64,000 nucleotides of DNA, from positions 26,722,001 to 26,786,000 of the forward strand of contig NC_083288.1 in assembly GCF_963506605.1 (NCBI RefSeq), read 5' to 3'. Position 1 is the first letter of the stretch. The number at the start of each line of letters is the position of its first letter. The position numbers and the translations under genes were made by a program. This DNA comes from Zootoca vivipara. Its lineage: Eukaryota. Of the stretch, positions 25,916 through 36,900 are shown piece by piece. The notes below the pieces were generated by a model. The model was not told where the DNA came from. It worked only from the letters and a program-made list of their open reading frames with translations, and made no database searches.

Positions 25916-28607
25916 GGGTGATTTATGCTCCTGACGTATAGTAACCTCTTCTTATATCCACTACTCCAGCAGAACCATGGTCTCCCAGTACTAGTCCAAC
26001 CCTCTAACCACCACACCACACTGGCTGTACAGTTAGAGATGGGGATTAGGTGATTTGGTGATAACAAAGGAGTCTGTGTTGTACCACTTCTGCAGGAGGA
26101 GAAATTACTTGACTGTCTGTTCCTCCATATGGAATTATCTTCATGTAGGAACAACTGGATATCAAGGAGGCTAGGACCTTTGTTTATGCAGAGAGAGAGG
26201 CACTCGGTTATTTCCACACCTGCACCCTGAAGTTGTGCAGCCCAGAGTATGATGCTGTTCTTTAAAATTGCAAGATGCCCAGCTCCATTTTGCCCACCAA
26301 CTTACACAAATCCTATGCTGTACTAGCTCCCCACAAAGTGTTCAGTATTTGTGCAAATTCCTTTTGCTTCTGTGGGCATTTGTGATGCATACTGGCATCC
26401 CTGGACTGGGTGTGGCCTACATCCCCCCCCTCCCTGCCCAGTTTATCCTGCCAGGGCAGAATGTGCTTTTGAAGCTTCTTTCAGTTAATTCTGGGCTGCT
26501 GTGCTTGCATGCAAAATGCCTTGAGCCTGTGTTAAAGCATGGTAAGGTAAGAAATGGAGGGTTTTCTTCATGTACATCCCAGCTCAATAAAGAGCTTAAG
26601 GGATTTCTTTTCACTTAATTATTGGGGGCTGGCGTCACACAGAGGGTTGAGCTGGAGCAGCTTTGCCACTTGGCTGCTCACCTAGGCAAGTAGCAGTTGC
26701 ACCTGGGTAATCCTTCGAATTGTACCCACCTTCATCCTCGGCAGTGCTGACAGACAGCATTAAATTGCAACGTACATGGGGTTAATCGGCTTTGTGATTG
26801 AAGGTCTTTGTTTTCTGGACTCTCTGAGATAAGAACACAGAGAGGAACTCTTGTGGCTGCCCTGCTGTTTGCCCTAGGAGAGAGAAGAAACAGTGACAGT
26901 GCTGTCTGTTCTACTTCCTCATACCATGTTTGTGTGCATGTGTAGAGGAAGGATCCCCTGCTAAAGTAGTGGGCTAGAGACGGAAGATTGGAGGCATGCA
27001 GAATGATTCCATCAGCTTCCAATAGCACAGAGATGTTGTTGGTGAGCTTCAGATTGTGAGAGGGACAGTAGGCAATAGGGCATGATGATCACAAAATAAC
27101 TTGCGTACTTTTTGCCCTGTCCAATTTGCTGAGTCATTTTGAAGATAACCTGAGATAAGAATTCTAATGCACGTTCCCCCTATGTACAAGTGCAATTGAA
27201 GTGATGCTGTTTCAAAGTCTGTTTCATTAGAAACGAATAGAAGACTGAGGCCTAAATGCAATTTTGTAACTGGGTTTGAGGATCTCCTTTTCCACAACCA
27301 TACACTATTCCCTGCACTGTGTTGACCTGCTTATTGGCTTGTAGAGGTTTTAACAACCATATGGATGGGTATGGGCCGTGCCTGTGCCATAGCGTCAGCA
27401 TTTTTAAAATTTACATTAAAAAACAATAGAAAAACAAATATATTATTCCCATTGTTACTTGATGGGCAACTCTGCTTCTGTAACCCAGTTGCTCTATCCA
27501 GAATCAAAACTCTCAGTTTTGTAAATACCAGTAATTGAATACCGTACTATGTTTCCCCCTGAAGCCTGCGCACTGAAGGGTTATGGTGGTGTTAAGAGTT
27601 TTATCCCACCCCTTTTGCAAGTAGCTCGGAGGCTCTTGCTTATCACTGCCAGCTAGCATCATCCCGCCCCCTTCTGAAAAGCTGATTGTATAAGCAGCAT
27701 GTGTAGTTGAGAAGCCTCACCCTTTTCTGTTGCTGTGCAGATAATAGCTGTCAACTAGGACTGGATGTGAAAGCTCATGTTGGGTGGGGTTTCTCGCAGG
27801 TCTGGACAGCAATCAAGGAGATTGGGCACAAAGAATGTGCCAGTATATTAGAGCCCAGTTGTCACCCATGCATAATATAGGCAGTTGCCTGTGGCATCTG
27901 AAAACTTGAAGCCAATTTCATGTTTGTAACTATACCCATTACCCCATGCAACTCAAGGGCTGAATAATCCTATGTAAGATTGTGCCATAAGCCTTCATAA
28001 AAATAAGGACCGCAGACAGAACAATGGGCACTAATTCACTGTACTGCTGTAGTTGAGCACTTCAACTTGTAAGCTCCCTGTAAATATAACAGCTGTAATT
28101 TTTTGTGATTATGCCCTTTGTGGTTGCAAATTCAGATTCCTTTTGAATCAGATACTCTTTTGAAAGTAGGATGCTTAAACATTTTTCAGGCTAGAAGAAA
28201 CAGCTTATTGAGCTGCCTTTCCATTAACATGTTCTTGGAGGGGGGTTGCATTTCCCCCCTGTAAATCGTTCTGATGTCTTGCTTAGTGAAGCACTGTAGT
28301 AATTTTGCAAAGGGAAAAGGCTTGAGCACCATTATCTATATTCTAAGAGGCTTTCCTGGACTTCCATAAAAATAATGATGATGATTATGATGATAATACA
28401 CATACATAGGTGCTGTTTGAGTCAAGAGAGGAAGATGCTTGTTTAGTTTATAAATGCAGTAGTTTATTGCTGATTTTAATTTTTTGAATGTTTTAAATAG
28501 TTGTAACAGTTTTTGCTGATAATTTAACTGGGTTTTGTTTTTGTTTTTTGATAAACTGCTTTGAGGTTTTAACAATAAAGTGGGGTATATATTTTATTAG
28601 ATAAATA

Positions 28608-29009
28608 CTGTACTTTTCCGTGTATAAGAGTATTTGGGGGACTCAAATTTAAGAAAATGGGGGGAGATAGCATAGAGTCGTTGAGCTTTTGGGGGGGTTA
28701 CGCACAGTTGTTGAGCATTTTGGGGGGTGGGATTGCTGTAAATCGCTCACCCACACGCGTCCAAAACCCCGCCTCTCATCTGTCCCCTCGCTGGCAGAAG
28801 ATGGCAATCGCCCGTCCAATTGCCGCAGCGTCAGCAAATCAACACCAGCCATTGACGCAGCAACCAATAACACGATCAATAGTTGCTGACAACCGCGGCA
28901 GCAACCAATCAAATGTCCACCCTATGCACTATCCATGTATAAGATCACCCCTACTTTTTAGCATAATTTTTAAAGAAAAAAATCTAGTCTTATGCACGGA
29001 AGAGTACAG
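28608..29009. mobile_element. Tc1/mariner-superfamily non-autonomous element
   Basis: TA|ctgtacttttccgtgtataaga ... tcttatgcacggaagagtacag|TA. Confidence 0.8.
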
Positions 29010-29112
29010 TAGATAGAGATTAAAACGGCTACCTTAGAAAGCATTGCTCCTGCAATCATGTTGCAGCTGACTTATGACAGGCCCTATCGTTGCTTTACAG
29101 GTGAGCAGCACA

Positions 29113-29209
29113 ATGACTGAAAATTCATCTGGGAATATGCAGGGGGGCATTACCCCCATGCAGCAAATGCTGGCATCTGGAACTGGGGCTCTCTTCACCT
29201 CTCTTTTTG
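29113..29209 (+). CDS. SLC25A39: SLC25A39 first coding exon (exon starts 29101; [32 protein letters not shown])
   Basis: tttacag acceptor at 29100, ATG at 29113, donor g|gtaggt at 29210; resembles the SLC25A39 N-terminus (QQM.ASGTGA..TSLF). Confidence 0.93.
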
Positions 29210-30805
29210 GTAGGTACCCTGCATTTATTCTGCATAGAATCATAGAGTTGGAAGAGACCACAAGGGCCATCCAGTCCAAGCCCCTTCCAAGCAGGAAACT
29301 CCATCAAAGCATTCCTGACAGATGGCTGTCAAGCCTTCGCTTAAAGACCTCCAAAGAAGGAGACTCCACCACACTCCTTGGCAGCAAGTTCCACTGTCGA
29401 ACAGCTCTTACTGCAGTTTTTCCTGAGCCAGTTCGAGTGACATGGATGCATACCAAAAATGAGCAGTGACTAGAAGGCGCGGTTTGCACTTCTGTATGCG
29501 GGTTCAACTAGCCTGGCTTATTTTCCTTCGTGTGTATGCCTCATGTTTTGCTGCCCCATCGCTGCTGGCCACCTTGTCTATGCTCCGGCATTGTGAAAAT
29601 GTGGATGTGCATTGAAAAATGAGGAAGTGGGCCTGTGGAGAAGTAGTTACATAACTGGTTCGTCGCTTGTGCAAACTGGGCCTGTTTACTGTCAACCAAC
29701 ACCATAGCTGTGTGGCTAGGGTGGTATAAAGCAGGATTTTGCCATTAATTGTTTGATTGGGATGCACCAAGGGGAGCACTGCTTCTCTTGTGTCCAGTCA
29801 TAAGATCTTAGATTGAAAAATTTGGGCCCTGTTCACATGTGATGTTCATCATTCAAGTACTGCACCATTTAGGGTTGCCAGACTCAATAGAGGACAGCAC
29901 TTCTGTGCCTTTAATTACCCTGCTCTCTTTTGAGTCTGGAAACCTTAAAGAGAAACCAGCAGACCCTTTGTTTAATTTCCAAGCAAAGGGTCTGCTGGTT
30001 TTTCTTTTAAGGTTTCCAGACTCAAAAGAGAGCAGGGCAATTAAAGGCACAGAAGTCCTGTCCTCTATTGAGTCTGGCAACCCTAGCACCATTAGGTAGT
30101 GACTGTTATGTGTGAAGAGGCCACCAAACGTGGCAAGTAGTTTCATTTTGCCTCTGCCACAATACTTCCCATTAGAGGCAATGCACATGTTCATTAGCAA
30201 GTCAGATTGTGTGCCTGTGAACCAGTCCTTATTCCAGCTTTTCTCAAACTTCTGGTAGTTGAAACACACTTTCTTTTGAATAAAAAGTGAAGGCACACAT
30301 CACTCTTGCATCCAAAAATCTTCACCTGGAGGTGGAGGAATCTCCTCTCAGGGAGGAAAATATTTCCAGCGCTGCTGCTGCACCTATATCTCATTTGCCA
30401 GGCTCCAGGGCGGTTCCCTTGAGAGTGTGTTCCTTAGAAGTTCAAGCAGTACATTGCCATTCCTTCCTTCCAGTAAACATAATCCAAGAGTACAGCAACA
30501 TACCAGTTCACCAGGTTCACCCAAGTGCATTGCCACATCTTCTAAACTTACTTGGCAGGAATAGGGGTAGCATAGTGTTTTATATCTTTCTTTCCCCTTC
30601 CCTCACTCACAAGAGTAGATGCACCCATTCATAAGGTGAGTGGGGAGCAAAAGGAAGGAAATTTTAACCTCACGTGTTATATTCAGAAAGCATCCTTAGT
30701 GATCTTCCCAGTGGCTACTCTGCACCTATCCAAACCTGCTTCTCTCTGATCCTCTAGCTCTGGGACACTGGGCATATGTCTGTTCTGTTCTATATAATGT
30801 ATAAT

Positions 30806-30844
<39 letters not shown>

Positions 30845-30896
30845 TTATTATTATAAAAAATACCCCATCCATCTGACTGGGTTTCCCCAGCCACTC

Positions 30897-30942
<46 letters not shown>

Positions 30943-33900
30943 TTTATTTGTATCCTGCCCTCCCCGGCCCAAGACTGGGCTCAGGGAAGCTAACATCAGA
31001 TATATAACATTGGTATAAAATCAAACAATAATTAAATTACCTCTTAAAAACAAGTCAGGATCAAATCTAAAAACATTCTGAAAACATCAAGCATTGAAAA
31101 AACTCTTGATATAAACAGTCGTGTGTTGTGCTTTCAGTCACACCCTTGGATGTGGTGAAGATCAGATTGCAGGCTCAGAGGACACCTTTCTCTAAAGGTA
31201 AGCAATTCTTCCTTTTTGGACTGGAAGCCATTGGGGAAGGAACCTTCCATCTCTTGGATGCTGTTGGCCTTGGACAGTTGCGTTAAGTTTCGAAACTGCT
31301 TTAAGATACATAAAAGCTCTGTGGACTTGGAGCCTACCTAAAAGTACAGGAAAAGCCCTTGGTGCAGAGCTTTCTGGAACTGTACTTCAGAACGCAACCG
31401 GAGAGTGGGGGCTTCCGTGTTCAAATGCTGTCCCAGAAGAATCCCTTGCACACAAAGAGCCTTTTCCCCGCTGAGCTGGTTTTCCAGAGTGAGGAAGTTT
31501 TTGACTGGGGGAAACATTCAGACCTGCAACTTTCCCCACTTATGTTCTAAAGTGGTACTGGGCCTCGAGGACTGTACTGTTTCCCCCGTATGATGAAAAT
31601 TCACCCTTAAAGGAAGTGCACTGCTAGGGCTTAATTGTGAGTGGCTCTGGACTGGACTGTAGCTTGCTTTGTAGTGTGTCGTGCTGAGTGGTTTGATAAC
31701 CACGGCCCCTTGAGTCATTTTGCTTAGCCCATAACTGGCATATGCCCGTATGTTAGTGGGACTTGACAAAATTGTTTAACCCTCCCAATGAACATTAAGC
31801 CATCCATCTCTTTCCATCCTCGATGTCTTACCTTGGAGCAGTGCCCCATAGCTGTTGGAAGCCCTTCTCTGGTTACCAGAAAACCTGTGGCTTTCTAGAT
31901 ATTCTTGGACTCTGATTCTCATCAGCCTCTGCCATCATCGCCAACAATCAAGGATGATGGGAGTTGTAGTCCAACAACATCTGAAAGGCCACAGAGTTTC
32001 CCAGAGTTGCCCCAAGCCATTTGGGTCTAGAAAATTGTGGGTTTAAAAAAAATAGTCAGGGGCATGGGGGAAATCACAATCTGTATTGCATCTTTCTGCA
32101 GCCAGAGTCCCCAGACAGCTACTTCTTAGCCGCTGCCTCAACTAAGGGTCCTCATGTCCCTTCAGCTGTTCTTCCTCCCTCACCTCTCTCTAAGTATTTC
32201 CATGTTATGTCTTTTTCAGTGTTTTCAGTACAGTCTATGCCCTGGAGCATTCAGGAGCCCAAATGTGAGTATATCAGATGCTTTCCCATATAAGCTGCCA
32301 TTCTCTTTGGATGCAGCTCTGACCCCTTTACTATTTCCATGAGCATCTGGTTGGCTACTGTGAGAGCCATGTGGGACTAGATGGGTCATTGGCCTGATCT
32401 AGCAGCGCACCTCTTTGCATACTGTTCATGCTCCCAAAGGAGAGTACTGGGAGCTTGTTCTTCCTTCCCCTGCTTTCCAGCTCTCTGGGGAGAATGATCC
32501 TATCCCTCCTTCACCAAAGGCGCTGGTGTTCATCTGTCTTCATTGTATTCCTGGCACAGAGCATTCAAAAGAACGTGTGAGGGCTCAAATTGTGCGGGGA
32601 TGCCCATGTCGGCTTCTCAAATATCTCCATGCTCGCCTCACCTACCCCTTCCTCTCTTGATGCGTTAATGTCCGCAGATCTCCTCTGCCAAGAAAAGTAA
32701 AATTAGTTGTGGTAGCCCTTCATAACATGCCATCACTGTCTTGGTTGAAACCAGGACATCAGAATAATAAGGTATCCCCGATGTCCCAGAGACGGGGTGC
32801 AGGGAGAATGACTTGAGGTGCTCACCAATTTTATTTCCCTGTCTTGTTATGTTCTACCAAGTAAGTTACTTCATCTTCCCCATGTTTCACCGAATTGTCC
32901 ATCCTTGTTCAGAGGCATTGGATGGGGTGAGCATGGCCTAATTCGTCCCTTTTGGTGCTGCTGATCTAAATATTTCTGCCTTGGGCCTGCTTCATAGCAT
33001 CATTGTGTGTGATATTTGTATGAATACCTCATCGTAGACACTGGTGCAAGTCTGCAGCTTCTTGGAGTCCAAAGCAACGTTGTGACTTTTGTGAGCTTGG
33101 CACATATAGTGTGCATTGTGGCCCTTCAGACTGCAGGGGGAAGACCTGCATATTTGAACGTTCCCTCACAGATAGAAAGTCAGCACATCAGGGGTAAGGG
33201 TTTTACCCTAACCACCTCCCTAAAGTACCAGCTTTCAAGCTTAGCCAGTCATTAAATGTTGACATGCTCCTTTTACTGCCAGTGGTCCACCATTGCTTGG
33301 GTTTGGGGCTGCTGCAGCCAGAGATGCCCTCTCTGACTCATAAAATGATACCATCTCATTATATCAAAGAACAGCATTCTCCTGTTTAGTACCTCTTCCA
33401 TGTGGAAAGGCTGCAGCTTCCCCTCTCCTGTGATCTCTCTCCGGAGTTGAGATGCATGTAATTGGGCCCTTGTGTGTTCTGCACATTATTCCCCTCTGCC
33501 CAGCTGCGAATTCTCTCATCAGAAATAATAATAGTGTCTTCAGATATGTTTTAATTTTACGTAAGTCATTCTGCTTCCACAAAATCTTCAGTTTTGAACC
33601 TCTTTTCTTCTGCTTTTTTTGTTGTTGCTTACAAAGGTTGTGAAACGTCCTTTCCATTTTTCTCTGCAGCCATGCAAGCTAGAATGCCTGTTTATTTTTA
33701 GCAAAAACGAGCATCACTGCATGCTGAATTGAACATTGGGTAGCACAGAATATATCTGGCACTGCATGTTGTGTTGGTGGGCAGAAAGCTGTTCCCACCT
33801 TCTATTTTTAACTATTGCGAGCATTTTGTCTCCTCTGTGTGCATCTCCTTTTCCTTCCCATGTCCCATAACTTTTGTGTCTCTTTGCTTTAATCCCTTTA

Positions 33901-36900
33901 ATTTATGTCTGGTTGAAGGGAGTAGCTGTGTGTTTGGGGCTGGTGGCACTGATGTTGCCTTCTGGGGAGCAGGTGATGGCTTCATGGGTATACAACCCCA
34001 ATGTAGTATGTCCAGAATATTTCAGATTTGTGAGGACACATTTCTGTCTATGTGAAAACAGCCTGTTTTATTTTCTTCTGCAATCTGCTCTTGGGTCTAT
34101 TGCATCTGCTATGACTTAAGTCTGAAAACATCTAACTTCTCAATGCCTTGAGATGGACAATAGATGTTTAATACAATACCCAATTAACTTGCACATTCAT
34201 TACTACAGGGATTCCATGATTATTGATACAAATACCTTTTTTAAAAACCCACTGACCTGTCCTACATGACCAAAACCTGAGAATGGAACCAAAAAACTCC
34301 CTCTTATAATTAGATCTTGGGACAAACAAGGTCTAGCTGTCCTTTATCACGTCCTGCTAGATTGTCACACTAGGGAAACGTCTGAGAGATGGATAACTTT
34401 TGTTTTGGTACAGAAATTCCCAAAGCTGGGAGGAGTTTTCAGCAGGATCCAAGAATGAGGGAAACTGTTCTTTACTAATATTTATTATTTTATATTCCAC
34501 TGTTCTGAATGCAAATCCATCCAGAAATCTAAACTGCATTTAAAAATGAAACTGTTTGCTATTTATATAGCCACCCCGTGTGACAGTTCATAAAGCAAAA
34601 ACAACATTGCAAATACAGTATGAAACACGAATAAGTGTAACTATTTTTTAAAATTATTTTTTTTAAAAAAAGCATTACTGCTGCAGGATTTAGCATGAGC
34701 CTGAGATTGACAGGGACGTGTGTTCAGGAGCAGGTGACAAATTGGAAATAATGGAGCAGTCAGGAACACCTGATTTCTGGTGATACAACAGCCCCCGCCC
34801 TCCTCTGAGCGCTGTTCCTTCTTGTCTCCGCAGGGAAATGCTTCCTTTACTGCAATGGCCTCATGGACCACCTATATGTGTGTCAGAATGGAAACAGCTG
34901 CACGGCCTGGTATAAGACGCCTACTCGCTTCACGGGCACTTTGGTAAGGTTCTGTGTGATGAAGGGCTGGACCATCTCCCAGCTGGAAGGCCATACAGTT
35001 TGAGTTGGCTATATAACCTAGGTGGAGGGTGAGTGGCTGAAAATGTGGGAAAAACATAGATTAGGTTGCTATCCCCCACCACTGTTACATATATATAAAA
35101 GGCCTCTAAATAAATTGCTTTAGGGACTCATAAGGGTATGGCTGGGGTTGACCTGAGGCGTGACTGTCTACACCAGGCATCCCCAAACTGCAGCCCTCCA
35201 GATGTTTTGGACTACAATTCCCATGATCCCTGACCACCTGATCATGGGAGTTGTAGGCCAAAACATCAGGAGGGCTGCAGTTTGGGGATGCCTGGTCTAC
35301 ACCCTCCTAAGGTGATGTGAAATAGGGGACTGGAGGGGAGTAAGTGTGCTGCTCCCTCCCATCAGCCAGGATAGCTCAGTTAGTTAGAGCATGGTGCTGA
35401 TAACACCAAGGTTGCAGGTTCGATCCCCATATGGGACAGCCACATATTCCTGCATTGCAGGGGGGTCAGACAAGATGGTCCACAGGGCCCCTTCCAACTG
35501 TGATTCTGTGATCTGTAGCCAAGGTTTGTTCTTTGTTCTGGGATAAAACCAAATCCCGTGCAGGTGCCCATGCGACCCTGTGGGAGATGAGGAAAGAGAA
35601 GCTTCTTTTATGCAGGGCAGTTTGGAGCAATCAAGAGGTGGGTTGAGAAAAGGGTTAAGCACCCCTTTCTGCTGCCCACTCACCCGCCCCGGCAGCTGCT
35701 TCCCTGCCAAAGCTGGGGGTTTTTCCAAGCCAACCAGGCCTCTTGGGAGCTCATTACAGGGGTTTTTGTATGACTTCTCGTTCAGCAGTGTGGCTCAGCT
35801 TCAGGGTTTTATTCCGACCAACTGCTCTCTCCTTCACTGTCCACCCTTGCCTCTTGTTTCTTCCAGGATGCTTTTGTGAAGATAATACGTTATGAGGGCA
35901 TCCGATCCTTATGGAGCGGCCTTCCACCCACCCTGTGAGTGTGGACATAAGTTGCATGCAATTAAATTTACATCCCAAGGTGCACAATCTTGTGGGGGGA
36001 GGGGTAACACAGTTACTTTCATTTTAAACAGCGGGCGAGGGACCTTTTCGGCATGGAAGGCCAGATCTTCATCTGCTCCCACCCCCATAGGCTGACTGTG
36101 ACAGCTGGGTGGGACGACCTACCTGTGACTCATGTGGTGTCATTATGATGTCAGATGATTAACACGTGGGTTGTCCCGCCCCACATGCCCAAGTCCCTTG
36201 TGCAGCGCTTCCCAAGTGCCCACAGTCAGCTGTCTGATGAGTGCTTGGGAACAGCAGCACAAGGGGTCTTGCTGGTGCCAAGCATAGGGCTGGCGAAGCT
36301 GTTTTTGCAGGGGTTGGCTGCACATTCAAGTTCCTCACAGAGATCTCAGATGCACAGCCGATCCAGCCTTCTCCCTACCTGCCACACACTTTGTATTACA
36401 TATTATATCAGGTGGGGAGCGGGTGTGAATGGTTTTGGGAAAACTGCCTCCCAGGCCAAAATTGGCCCACACCCTGGCAGTTTACCAGCCCTTCCTTTAG
36501 AAGCACTATTAACATTTTATCATCTTTATTGCAATGTATGATTCCCATCAGTTTGCTGTCCTAGCAGATCCTGTACATCCCCAAAAACATTGAATTAGGG
36601 AATAGCTTCAAGAAGGAAGCCTGGTGGTCACACTCCGTTGTCTGGTCTGCTAGTGTGTCTCTGCACACGTGTGCTTGAACATTCAGCACAGGCATGTACT
36701 CCCAAGAAAGCCATCTTTGGGTGATTACATAATTTAGAAGCAACAAGCACAGTTTTACAGCATATAAAGCAACCCAGTGAAAGCTGTGGAAGCTTCCTGC
36801 CAAGGTAAAGAAGGGTGAAGGGAGATCTCCAGTCTCTTGTTTCTTTGTTGCTTTCTCTCAGCACTGCTCACTGAATTGTCTTATCTGCATGATCAGAATT

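Noticed and set aside
29839-30296. Sense/antisense ORF pair encoding the same peptide (GLPDSIED...)
   Set aside because: Artefact of the palindromic MITE
35363-35440. tRNA-Ile gene (also at about 25750 and 40533)
   Set aside because: Degenerate stems and a shared CR1-like tail in all three copies indicate SINEs
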